DNA of 38,846 nt from Porticoccaceae bacterium (GCA_023255165.1 JALRJD010000154.1:1-38846), one strand, 5' to 3'. Shown: positions 17,742-27,432, counted from the first letter of the stretch. The notes: generated by a model from the sequence alone, not told the origin. Made by a program: numbers and translations.

Positions 17742-19547
17742 ATGAACCAGGCAATGGCGCAGGGAGCCAACGGCACACAGGGGCAGCGTAACAGCAGTCT
17801 CGATCTCGCCAAAACATTAAAGGATCTGGTCAGCGACGGCATTATCAGCCAGACCGAAGCCGACGACATTAACAGCGCCCGTTGCACCCGCGACCAAACC
17901 CAAATGCACCCACTCGAAACTGTCGCCGCCAGGCAACTGCTGCATCGAATAGAGCAAAAACCCCTCACCCTAGAGCTCCTGACAGAATGGCTGGCAGCGC
18001 GAGCCAATATAAAACTTGCCCATATCGACCCGCTGAAAATCAACGTCCCCGCCGTCACCTCAATTATGTCCTTCGCCTACGCCACCCGCTATGGCATCCT
18101 CTGCCTTAAAGTCAGTCGCGAAGCGCTGGTCGTCGCCACCATGCAACCATTCGATCGCAGTTGGGTTGAGAGCCTAGAGCAGACCTCGCGGCGACCCATT
18201 CAAATAGTGCTGGCCAATCCAGCCGATATCAAAAAATACACGGTGGAATTTTACTCCCTGGCGAGATCGGTATTTGGCGCCGGCTCATCGGCGACCACCG
18301 GTGTCGGCATCGCCAACTTCGAGCAGTTGCTCGAGGTTGGCAAGCTCAAGGATGCCGATGCCCAGGACCAGCATATCGTCAATATTGTCGACTGGTTATT
18401 GCAGTATGCCTTTGATCAGCGCGCCAGTGACATCCATCTGGAGCCACGCCGCGGCAAAGCCAAGGTGCGCTTTCGCATCGACGGGGTTCTGCATCTGGTG
18501 TATGAGCTGCCAGACAATGTAATGACAGCCATGATCAGCCGTCTGAAAATTCTCGGGCGTATGGATGTTGCCGAAAAGCGCCGCCCCCAGGACGGACGCA
18601 TTAAAACCAAAACTCCCAACGCCCGCGAGGTGGAGCTGCGCCTCTCGACCATGCCCACCGCCTTTGGTGAAAAGCTGGTGTTGCGTATCTTTGATCCGGA
18701 TGTGCTGCTGCGCAGTTTTTCCCAGTTGGGGTTGGTCGATGAAGATTACCAGCACTGGCAGTCGATGGTCGGTCGAGCCCACGGCATTGTGCTGGTGACC
18801 GGTCCGACCGGCTCTGGCAAAACCACCACGCTCTACTCCACGCTAAAACAGTTGGCGGTGGATGCGGTTAATGTCAGCACCGTTGAAGACCCGATTGAAA
18901 TGGTGGTTGAGGCGTTTAATCAGAGCCAGATTCAACCGGCCATTGAATTTGATTTTGCCGCCGGCATTCGCACCCTGATGCGTCAGGACCCGGATATTAT
19001 TATGGTTGGCGAGATCCGCGACCGCGCCACCGCCGAGATGGCTGTGCAGGCGGCGCTGACTGGTCATCTGGTGCTGTCTACCCTGCATACCAACGATGCG
19101 CCCACGGCGATCAGTCGGCTGCTCGATCTCGGCATGCCCGCGCACCTGATCAAAGCGACGCTGAATGGCGTGATGGCACAGCGACTGGTCCGCACCCTGT
19201 GCCCGGAATGCCGCAGCGAAGTGTCCTGCGACTCTGAGGCCTGGCGTGAAATGGTTGGTTTGGCAGCGGCAGATGGCCAGTCCGCACCGTCAACAGTGTT
19301 TCAGCCGGCCGGTTGTCTTGAATGTCGCAACACAGGCTATTTAGGGCGCCAGGGAATCTATGAAATTATGCCGTTGACGAATACACTGCTCACCTATATC
19401 AGTAGTGAATCCGATATTCAGAGTATTCGCCGGGCGGCCATAGCCGAGGGCATGAAAACACTGCGTATGGCTGGCGCAGAAAAAGTCGCCGCCGGTGTCA
19501 CATCCATGGAAGAGGTGCTGCGGGTAACCCCTGAACTTGGCCGTTAA
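17742..19547 (+). CDS. GspE/PulE/PilB-family secretion ATPase (orphan)
   Basis: ASDIHLEP, RRPQDGRI, Walker A GPTGSGKTT, TVEDPIE, Walker B DPDIIMVGEIRD, GHLVLSTLH, tetracysteine CPEC/CLEC. Preferred start is ATG 17742 (AGGAG at 17731-17735) over 17718. Confidence 0.92.
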   Translation: MNQAMAQGANGTQGQRNSSLDLAKTLKDLVSDGIISQTEADDINSARCTRDQTQMHPLETVAARQLLHRIEQKPLTLELLTEWLAARANIKLAHIDPLKINVPAVTSIMSFAYATRYGILCLKVSREALVVATMQPFDRSWVESLEQTSRRPIQIVLANPADIKKYTVEFYSLARSVFGAGSSATTGVGIANFEQLLEVGKLKDADAQDQHIVNIVDWLLQYAFDQRASDIHLEPRRGKAKVRFRIDGVLHLVYELPDNVMTAMISRLKILGRMDVAEKRRPQDGRIKTKTPNAREVELRLSTMPTAFGEKLVLRIFDPDVLLRSFSQLGLVDEDYQHWQSMVGRAHGIVLVTGPTGSGKTTTLYSTLKQLAVDAVNVSTVEDPIEMVVEAFNQSQIQPAIEFDFAAGIRTLMRQDPDIIMVGEIRDRATAEMAVQAALTGHLVLSTLHTNDAPTAISRLLDLGMPAHLIKATLNGVMAQRLVRTLCPECRSEVSCDSEAWREMVGLAAADGQSAPSTVFQPAGCLECRNTGYLGRQGIYEIMPLTNTLLTYISSESDIQSIRRAAIAEGMKTLRMAGAEKVAAGVTSMEEVLRVTPELGR

Positions 19548-19564
19548 CCAACCGAGATCCATGC

Positions 19565-22495
19565 ATGTCGAAAACATTCCCGCAGCTGATTTGCGCCAGC
19601 TACCAGCGCTATTTTGAACGTTTTCAGGCCACCCACCCCGACCCTTCCTGGCTTCCCGAACGGCTTGCCGACTTCCCCGATTACCCGCTTTTTGCCGAGC
19701 ACCTGCAGCTGGTCTGGGGCTGCAGTGATTTTATTGGCCAGCAGTGCGAAACCGCGCCGGATGTCTTTCAACAGCTGGTCGACAGCGGCGACTTGCAGCG
19801 CGCCTATACCCGTGCAGATTTCCAGCGGGCTATTGATGGCAGAGTTGGCGGTGAAGTGGATGGTGCAGAAAGCGAAGAGCAATTAAGCCGGCGGCTCAGA
19901 CTTTTCCGTCGCCGCGAGCTGATACGTATTATCTGGCGCGACTTTAGCCGCCAGGCAAGCATGCCGGAAACTACCAGAGAGCTGACCTGGCTCGCCGAAG
20001 CCGCGGTCAACGCCGCGTTGGGAACACTTTTCCCACTGACCTGTCATGAACTCGGCACGCCGTTTTCCAACAGTGGTCAGGCGCAACAAATGGTGGTTAT
20101 CGCGATGGGCAAAATGGGAGCCGAAGAGCTCAATATGTCATCGGATATCGACCTTATTTTCGCTTACCCGGAGAAAGGCCAGACCCGCCGCCGCGACTCG
20201 TCAGCGGTGGGCAAAACGGTTTCCAATCAAGAATTTTTTACCCGTCTCGGACAAAAACTGATCGCCGCACTCGATCGTCAAACCGCCGACGGATTTGTCT
20301 TTCGCGTCGATATGCGCCTGCGACCCTACGGCCAGAGCGGTGCGCTGGTGATGAGTTTTGATGCACTGGAAGAGTACTACACCACCCAGGGCCGCGAGTG
20401 GGAACGCTATGCCATGGTCAAGGCGCGCGCGGTGGCGGGTGACGTTGGGGATATTGCCCGGCTGGACAAAATCCTGCGGCCCTTTACCTACCGCAAATAT
20501 CTCGACTTCGGCACCATTGACGCACTGCGCGACCTTAAGCGCACCATTAATCGCGAACTCAAGCGCAAAGGTATGCAGGACAACATCAAGCTCGGCGCCG
20601 GTGGTATTCGCGAAGTGGAATTTATCACCCAGGCCTTTCAGCTGATTCGCGGCGGGCGCAACCGCGCGCTGCAGACCCCGTCGCTGCATCAGGCACTGCA
20701 ACAGCTGGTGGTCGATGGGATTATGCCCGCCGACGAGCGTGACAAACTGTGGCAGGCCTACACCTTTTTACGCAACACCGAACACGCATTGCAGGGCATT
20801 GCCGATAAGCAGACCCAGCAGCTGCCCGCGGATGAGTTGGGCCAGCAGCGCGCCGCCGCCATTGTTGGTTGTGACAGTTGGCCGGATTTTCAGCGGCATT
20901 TGCAACAACACCGCGATGTGGTGACGGCGGCGTTTAACGAAATGTTTGCCGAGTCGGATTCCGGCTCCTCTGATCAGGCACAGGCGACCAGTGATGGCTC
21001 TGTCTGGCAACGATCGATGGAACTGCCAGAGCTGCTCGAACATTTGCGGGCAATGGGTTATCAAAGCCCACAGGTTGTCGCCGAGCAGTTGCACGGCCTC
21101 TATCAGAGCAAAGCGGTTATCGCCCTGGATCTCGAGCCGCGCCGTCGCCTCGACCAGTTAATGCCAAAAGTGGTCGCCGCCTGTGTTGGGCGTGCCGGCA
21201 GTGCCGACAACAGCACAACCCTGGCGCGGGTTGTTGATTTGATTCAGGCGGTGTTGCGTCGCAGCGCCTACCTGGCGTTGCTGACCGAAAATCCCAAAGC
21301 GTTGCAGCAGCTGGTGCAGCTCTGCGAGCGCAGCAGCTGGATCGCTGAACAACTCACCGCCTACCCGGCGTTGCTCGATGAGCTGCTCGACACGCGCACC
21401 CTCTACACCGCGCCGAATCGGGATCTGTTGCAGGATCAGTTGCGCCAGCAAACCCTGCGCCTGGCGGACGACGATCTGGAACAGCAGATGGAGGTGATTC
21501 GCTATTTTGTGCGCGCCAATACATTGCGTGTTGCGGCCTGTGATCTGACCGATGTCATTCCACTGATGCAGGTCAGTGACTACCTGACCTGGATTGCCGA
21601 AGTGGTGATTGAGCACACCGTGACGGTTGCCTGGAAATACCTCGGCGTCCAATACGGCCAGCCCGCTGGCAGTGACGAAACCGCGCCGGGTTTTGTGGTG
21701 ATCGGTTACGGCAAACTGGGTGGTCTTGAGCTGGGTTATAAATCCGATCTCGATCTGGTGTTTCTGCATCGCGGCATTCCCGGCCAGACTATGGGTGGTT
21801 TGCGCAGCATTGATAACAGCACTTTCTATGCGCGGCTGGGTCAGCGTGTGATTCATATGCTCTCAACCATGACCCCCTCTGGCGCTGCCTATGAAATCGA
21901 TATGCGGCTGCGCCCCTCAGGGAACTCCGGGTTACTGGTGTCGACTTTTAGTGCCTTTGAAAAATATCAGCGTTCGACCGCCTGGACCTGGGAACATCAG
22001 GCACTGGTTCGTGCGCGCGTGGTGGCAGGCGATAAAACCCTTGCCACAGAGTTTAATCAACTCCGTCAAAGTGTCTTGATGCAGCAACGTGACGAACAAT
22101 TATTGTGCACCGAGGTGGTGGAAATGCGCGAGAAAATGCGCAAGCACCTGGGCAGATCGACGAAAGATGGCAAATACCCACTCAAGCAGGGTGTCGGAGG
22201 TATCGTCGATATTGAATTTATGGTTCAATTTGCAGTCTTGGCTTGGTCGCACAACCATCCTGAACTTACTCGCTGGAGCGATACCATCCGTATACTGGAG
22301 TCACTGGCTCACTGCGGGTTGATATCAGAGCAACAATCCAGCCTGCTAATCGACGCCTATAAAAGATACCGTTCAGCAGGACACCGTCTACAGCTGCAAA
22401 ATCAGGTGGCAGAGGTGGACAGCTGTGAATTTATTGAGTGTCGGGAACTTGTGACCGCCCAGTGGAACACATTATTTAACAATTTTAATAATTGA
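19565..22495 (+). CDS. glnE: Bifunctional glutamine synthetase adenylyltransferase/adenylyl-removing enzyme
   Basis: Two nucleotidyltransferase domains: MGKMGAEELNMSSDIDLIF...RVDMRLRPYG and YGKLGGLELGYKSDLDLVF...IDMRLRPSG. Confidence 0.97.
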   Translation: MSKTFPQLICASYQRYFERFQATHPDPSWLPERLADFPDYPLFAEHLQLVWGCSDFIGQQCETAPDVFQQLVDSGDLQRAYTRADFQRAIDGRVGGEVDGAESEEQLSRRLRLFRRRELIRIIWRDFSRQASMPETTRELTWLAEAAVNAALGTLFPLTCHELGTPFSNSGQAQQMVVIAMGKMGAEELNMSSDIDLIFAYPEKGQTRRRDSSAVGKTVSNQEFFTRLGQKLIAALDRQTADGFVFRVDMRLRPYGQSGALVMSFDALEEYYTTQGREWERYAMVKARAVAGDVGDIARLDKILRPFTYRKYLDFGTIDALRDLKRTINRELKRKGMQDNIKLGAGGIREVEFITQAFQLIRGGRNRALQTPSLHQALQQLVVDGIMPADERDKLWQAYTFLRNTEHALQGIADKQTQQLPADELGQQRAAAIVGCDSWPDFQRHLQQHRDVVTAAFNEMFAESDSGSSDQAQATSDGSVWQRSMELPELLEHLRAMGYQSPQVVAEQLHGLYQSKAVIALDLEPRRRLDQLMPKVVAACVGRAGSADNSTTLARVVDLIQAVLRRSAYLALLTENPKALQQLVQLCERSSWIAEQLTAYPALLDELLDTRTLYTAPNRDLLQDQLRQQTLRLADDDLEQQMEVIRYFVRANTLRVAACDLTDVIPLMQVSDYLTWIAEVVIEHTVTVAWKYLGVQYGQPAGSDETAPGFVVIGYGKLGGLELGYKSDLDLVFLHRGIPGQTMGGLRSIDNSTFYARLGQRVIHMLSTMTPSGAAYEIDMRLRPSGNSGLLVSTFSAFEKYQRSTAWTWEHQALVRARVVAGDKTLATEFNQLRQSVLMQQRDEQLLCTEVVEMREKMRKHLGRSTKDGKYPLKQGVGGIVDIEFMVQFAVLAWSHNHPELTRWSDTIRILESLAHCGLISEQQSSLLIDAYKRYRSAGHRLQLQNQVAEVDSCEFIECRELVTAQWNTLFNNFNN

Positions 22496-22519
22496 CGAGT
22501 TAACAAGAGGAAAAGGTCG

Positions 22520-23449
22520 ATGTCGTTTGCGGACCGCGAAGGTTTTATCTGGATGGATGGCGAGTTGGTTGATTGGCGCGATGCCAAAACCCACCTGCTA
22601 ACACACTCGCTGCACTATGGCTTGAGTGTTTTTGAGGGCGTGCGCGCCTATCACAACGACGCCTCGGGAACCTGTATCTTCCGCCTTGAAGATCACACCA
22701 GGCGCCTGTTTAACTCCGCCAAAATTTTGCAGTTGGAAGTACCTTATAGTCAGGACGTGATCAACGCCGCCCACCGCGAAGTGGTGCGGGTAAACAATCT
22801 CAAGGAAGCCTATATTCGACCACTGGTATTTTTGGGCTCCGAGGGCATGGGTCTGCGCGCTGCTGGCCTCAAGGTTCACGTCGGCATTGCGGCCTGGGAA
22901 TGGCCTTCCTATATGTCTCCGGAAGCGCTGGAGGCGGGCATTAAGGTGCGCACCTCGTCGTTCACCCGTCATCATGTCAACATCACCATGTGCAAGGCCA
23001 AGGCCAGTGGCAACTACATCAACTCGATGCTGGCGCTGCGCGAAGCACTCGACTCCGGTTGTGACGAAGCGATGATGCTCGACAACGAAGGCTATGTTGC
23101 CGAGGGCAGTGGCGAGAATTTCTTTATGGTACGCAATGGTGTGATCTACACGCCTGATCTGACTTCCTGTCTCGACGGCATTACCCGCGACACCATTTTC
23201 CGTCTCGCCGCGGATCACGGTATTGAGGTACGCGAAAAACGCATTACCCGCGATGAAGTGTATATCTGTGACGAAGCCTTTTTTACCGGCACCGCCGCGG
23301 AAGTGGTGCCTATCTGTCAGTACGACGGACGTGTGATTGGCAGTGGTGTGCGCGGCCCAATCGCGGAAAAATTGCAGGCCGCCTACTTCGATCTGGTGCG
23401 TGGCAAAAACGCAGCCCACGCCGATTGGCTGGCGCCGGTTGCCGAGTAA
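22520..23449 (+). CDS. ilvE: Branched-chain amino acid aminotransferase
   Basis: LHYGLSVFEGVRAY, AYIRP, AKASGNY, EGSGENFF, LDGITR, EAFFTGTAAEV. Confidence 0.97.
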   Translation: MSFADREGFIWMDGELVDWRDAKTHLLTHSLHYGLSVFEGVRAYHNDASGTCIFRLEDHTRRLFNSAKILQLEVPYSQDVINAAHREVVRVNNLKEAYIRPLVFLGSEGMGLRAAGLKVHVGIAAWEWPSYMSPEALEAGIKVRTSSFTRHHVNITMCKAKASGNYINSMLALREALDSGCDEAMMLDNEGYVAEGSGENFFMVRNGVIYTPDLTSCLDGITRDTIFRLAADHGIEVREKRITRDEVYICDEAFFTGTAAEVVPICQYDGRVIGSGVRGPIAEKLQAAYFDLVRGKNAAHADWLAPVAE

Positions 23450-23474
23450 CAAAACAGTTCGGGGAATAAACGCT

Positions 23475-24224
23475 ATGAGTTCAGCGGCAGCAGACAGCTC
23501 GACAGAAGTGGTCAACGTACTCTGTATGAAGTGGGGCACCAAATATCCCGCCGATTACGTTAACCGACTCTACTCAATGGTCTCGCGCAATATGTCGAGA
23601 CCATTTCGTTTTATCTGTCTTACCGAAGATGGCGAAGGCACTCACGAAAACGTTGAAATTTTTCCGCTGCCCGAGCTCGCTATTGACCTAGCAGGCCCCG
23701 AGCGCGGCTGGAACAAGCTGGCGGTTTTTGCTGAAACCCTATACGACCTCAAAGGCAAAGTGCTGTGCCTGGATCTCGATTTAATCATCACTGGCAGCCT
23801 CGATGATCTGTTTGATTACCCGGGTGAGGTGATGATTATTAAAGACTGGATCAAAAAAGATGGCACCGGAAATTCATCGGTCTACCGCTTTGAAGTGGGT
23901 GCGCATCCGGATGTGCTCAGGGAATTTGAAAAATCTTTCCAGCAGATTAAAAAGATCCATCGCAACGAACAGGAATATCTCTCCGCCGCCCTGATGGCCA
24001 AGGGCGCACTGAAATATTGGCCCGATGAATGGTGCCGCAGTTTTAAGCGCCACTGCCTGAAACCATTCTGGTTTTTAATCGCCCGCGAAACACGGGTGCC
24101 TGAAAATGCGCGCGTAATAGTGTTTCATGGTAGGCCCGATCCCCACGAAGCTATCGCCGGTGTCAGCGGAAAATGGTATCGCCGTTTTAAACCCGCCACC
24201 TGGGTTGCGGAACACTGGGTTTAG
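23475..24224 (+). CDS. Putative GT-A fold glycosyltransferase (GT8-like, uncharacterised)
   Basis: CMKWGTKY.ADYVN.L, FICLTED, WNKL, DxD motif LDLDLII, NSSV, EQEY, VFHGRPDP. Start ATG 23475; the track ORF overlaps ilvE. Confidence 0.75.
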   Translation: MSSAAADSSTEVVNVLCMKWGTKYPADYVNRLYSMVSRNMSRPFRFICLTEDGEGTHENVEIFPLPELAIDLAGPERGWNKLAVFAETLYDLKGKVLCLDLDLIITGSLDDLFDYPGEVMIIKDWIKKDGTGNSSVYRFEVGAHPDVLREFEKSFQQIKKIHRNEQEYLSAALMAKGALKYWPDEWCRSFKRHCLKPFWFLIARETRVPENARVIVFHGRPDPHEAIAGVSGKWYRRFKPATWVAEHWV

Positions 24225-24278
24225 TCTCGGCACTGTTAATCCGCGCCGTTATTTAGTCTGTTAAATCTGTTTCGATGA

Positions 24279-25073
24279 CTATGGATTACCGTAAGAGGAG
24301 AGATCAACTTTTCTGAGCCGGTTATATTTAATTCGCAGCAATTCGTAGCGAACTTTCATTAGCACACCTTTCAGCTGACGTAGCAAAGATGTACGACATC
24401 TTCTGTTGCCAGCATTGTCTATATCGCTTTGCAAGCTGGATTGGGCATTCCAGACTGGAGTGGGCTCAATTCCAAATACATTGCCTGAGTATTCCCAGTA
24501 AAATTGCAAATCGTCATCAAGTGGTCGGGCAAATTTTTCACGTGCTTTGAGCAACTTTATTGCGCCGGCTGCGGAAACCACATAGCCCGTCGCTCTGGAT
24601 GGGACTTTATTGTAGAGACACAATTTAAAATCACCATCTGCAATCCCTGAATCTTTAGCTACTGACGCCATTGCGACAGAATCGAGAACGGTCTTCTTTT
24701 TGGGCGGGTCACACAGTTTTATAATGTCCCATGGCTCCGCGATTTGTGCGATGCTCGCGAGAACCGAGGGCAGCCTGTCGTCCAGCTCAGCATCATCTTC
24801 CAGTATCAGGGCATGATTGAATTGTTGATCCCTAATTTTTTGCCAGCAATTTCTGTGGCTTAGGTAGCAGCCAATTTCACCTGCGGAGAGAGGTCTTCGA
24901 TAATGTTTTCTATTCAATAGAGGTTGGTAAAATTTGTGAATCTGGTCTGCACTCAGTTTCGCTCCGTTTACCGCGGACTCTCTTTCGAACGCCAGATTCA
25001 ACCGTTTGAGTCGCTGACTCATTTCGGCCATGCGCTGGCTGGAACCATCGAGATTAATAACAAAGATTTGCAT
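24279..25073 (-). CDS. Glycosyltransferase family 25 (LPS/LOS biosynthesis)
   Basis: IFVINL...QR, AVNG, LSAGEIGCYLSH..CW, ALILEDDA, GYVVS..GA.KLL, PLD. Confidence 0.9.
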   Translation of the reverse strand: MQIFVINLDGSSQRMAEMSQRLKRLNLAFERESAVNGAKLSADQIHKFYQPLLNRKHYRRPLSAGEIGCYLSHRNCWQKIRDQQFNHALILEDDAELDDRLPSVLASIAQIAEPWDIIKLCDPPKKKTVLDSVAMASVAKDSGIADGDFKLCLYNKVPSRATGYVVSAAGAIKLLKAREKFARPLDDDLQFYWEYSGNVFGIEPTPVWNAQSSLQSDIDNAGNRRCRTSLLRQLKGVLMKVRYELLRIKYNRLRKVDLSSYGNP

Positions 25074-25179
25074 TTGAAGCTCTGACTGCTGTCGTGACTG
25101 CCTTTATTTATAGTCACAAATCGGCGGCGATACACAGTCAAATAACTCAAAAAACAGATCTGGTTTGGAGTGGCCCTAC

Positions 25180-27201
25180 TTAATTTCGTGGCGCCAGCAG
25201 TTGATAGCGTGTCAGCCAGTCGAGAATCGCGGGATAGGCTCGAGCGCGCTCTATTCTAGCGTCGCGATCCGAGGCTTCGGGTGTGACGGCAAAGCTGTGA
25301 CTCACCCTATGACCCGGTTTTTCGGGGCTATCCGCTAGACGATAAGCGTTCTGGTCGAGCACAATATAGTCGACATTGTAGGCAAACTGGTGGGCGCTGT
25401 TGGCGGTGTCTTCAGTTGCCAGCAGGTTGCGTCCCAGATTGGCGTAGCTTGCGTTCGACAGCGCCAGATTGAACAGAGTTGGCATCACATCTTTATGGGA
25501 TGCAACCTGACTGGTGTCGACCCGAGTATCCGGTTTGTAATCATTCGGCACGTAGAGATAAAACGGCACACTGAGGCGATGCAGCTGCTCTGACTGATCG
25601 TAGCGCATACCGCGGATAGAGTGATCACCGGTTGCGGCAATAATAGTGGTCGAGCCGAGGGCGCTCTGTTTGATGCGGCCGATTAATTCACCGAGCAGAT
25701 CGTTGGCATAACTGTAGGTCTCGAGACTGTCGGTGGTGAGGTTTTGTAAACGATCACTGAGTGCCTGGTTCAGTTTCAGCGATTGCCTTCTGTCGACCGG
25801 TCGATAATAGGGCGGATGGTTGGTAATCGATAGCGTCATAATAAACAGCGGGCGCGGATCATCGCTCTGTTCAGAGAGCAATTTCCAGACTTGCTCAAAG
25901 ACATATTTATCGTCGCCACCCCACACGCTCTCGTGCATTTGTGGGAACATCGCCTTTAGTGTGCGAGCACCATAAAATTCCTCAAACCCCTGCGAGCGGA
26001 AATAGCTGCCGCGATTCATCAGTCCCTCAAAGCCGCCATAGACGAACACCGTTCTGTAGCCCGCATCTCTGAATACTTTGGCCGCGGAGGTTTGCATCAG
26101 TATGTCTTTGTAACTTGAACGGCTGATGTCGCTATATTCGGTATTGAGCATCAAACTGGTGAGTGATGTTTGAGTATTGTTTTGGGCCGGTAAAAAGTGC
26201 TGGAAATAAAAATCGCTGTTCAGGTGTTGGCGCATGGAGCCGCTGAGGTCAATGCCGTCGGTGAACTGGTTTAGCAGCAGCGCCTGACCCATACTCTCCA
26301 TTAAATTAAACACCACATTGGGCGGATTTTTTTCGAGAAAATCAGATTGCTCTGTGTGGGTAAAAAATTGCTCAAACAGTTCGCCCGGCGCTGCCGCTTT
26401 ACCATAGAAGGTTTTATATAACTGCCGTCCTTCGGCGTCGTCGGCAACACGCAGCTGCTTTGATTTTTTAAAATCCTTGTAGCCGTAATAGAGTGCCACC
26501 AGTCCGTTGGGCACAATATTGTTCAACGACGAATCGCTGGACACCGCGAGATGACGATAGGAAAGCGGGAAGGTGGTCACCGAGCCGCGGCCGATAACGG
26601 CAATCACCAGCAGAGAAACGACGATCAATATCGGCCCAACTTTGCGTTGGTTTGCATTGGCGTCAATTCGGGAGACAATTTTTTTCTCAAGCATCTGGTA
26701 CACAAACAGGCTCAATCCAAGCGCCAGAACAGTTGTCGCCAGCAGCGCTGCAAAGTTGCTGGTGCCGCTGACCGTTTTCCATGCGGTGCCGGTTCCGTAG
26801 GCCATGCCGATAAATGCAAAGCTGTCGATGGGGCGATTAAAAAAGTCGAGATAGGCAAAATTAATCACTGAAAACAGCACCGCGAGCACCACAACCGCGC
26901 GGGCGAGAATGCGGGTAATCATCCAGGCGGGATTAGCCAGCCTGGATGAAAAAGGCAGCGCCACAAGGCTGATCAATACGGCCAGTATCATGCCGCGGGC
27001 GGCAAATGCCATATCAAAGCGGAACCCGATCAACAGTGCACTCCAGAACTCGCCACTGATAATGCGTTCGTCGGGGGGTGTATAAGCGCTCCAGGCGGCC
27101 AGTCGTGCAACGGTAAAAATCAGTGTCGCCAGCGCGATCAACATAAAGGTTGATGCCAGGGTTTTTATATAGAGTGTTTGCTGATTGTTGGCACTGTTCA
27201 T
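25180..27201 (-). CDS. LTA synthase family (alkaline phosphatase superfamily) membrane phosphoryl-group transferase
   Basis: About 5 N-terminal TM helices (GFRFD), then a periplasmic domain with PNVVFNLMES, NNTQTS (probable catalytic Thr), ITNHPPY, TGDH, SHKDVMPTL. Start is ATG 27201 or TTG 27261. Confidence 0.85.
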   Translation of the reverse strand: MNSANNQQTLYIKTLASTFMLIALATLIFTVARLAAWSAYTPPDERIISGEFWSALLIGFRFDMAFAARGMILAVLISLVALPFSSRLANPAWMITRILARAVVVLAVLFSVINFAYLDFFNRPIDSFAFIGMAYGTGTAWKTVSGTSNFAALLATTVLALGLSLFVYQMLEKKIVSRIDANANQRKVGPILIVVSLLVIAVIGRGSVTTFPLSYRHLAVSSDSSLNNIVPNGLVALYYGYKDFKKSKQLRVADDAEGRQLYKTFYGKAAAPGELFEQFFTHTEQSDFLEKNPPNVVFNLMESMGQALLLNQFTDGIDLSGSMRQHLNSDFYFQHFLPAQNNTQTSLTSLMLNTEYSDISRSSYKDILMQTSAAKVFRDAGYRTVFVYGGFEGLMNRGSYFRSQGFEEFYGARTLKAMFPQMHESVWGGDDKYVFEQVWKLLSEQSDDPRPLFIMTLSITNHPPYYRPVDRRQSLKLNQALSDRLQNLTTDSLETYSYANDLLGELIGRIKQSALGSTTIIAATGDHSIRGMRYDQSEQLHRLSVPFYLYVPNDYKPDTRVDTSQVASHKDVMPTLFNLALSNASYANLGRNLLATEDTANSAHQFAYNVDYIVLDQNAYRLADSPEKPGHRVSHSFAVTPEASDRDARIERARAYPAILDWLTRYQLLAPRN

Positions 27202-27432
27202 GGAAAAGATCGTTTCATAGCAAAGGTCGGTGGTTTGAGTAGGGGTAAAAGGCCAGCTCAAATGCCCCGGGACTTTAGCACTAAATTAATCTCGATGGCT
27301 AGATTGGCACTGCGTTCTCAGGTTTATCCGCACCGGGAAATGACCTTATGCAATGCCTGTTGTGAAATCTTCAGTAAAGTCTTTTCAGATCGGAAAAAAT
27401 CATTTTTACACTGTATATAGTGATTATTTGAG

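Noticed and set aside
22598-23542. 314-aa antisense ORF over ilvE
   Set aside because: Shadow frame of a conserved gene with biased codon usage; no protein motifs.
27411-27426. LexA box-like CTGTATATA
   Set aside because: The right half-site ACAG is missing.
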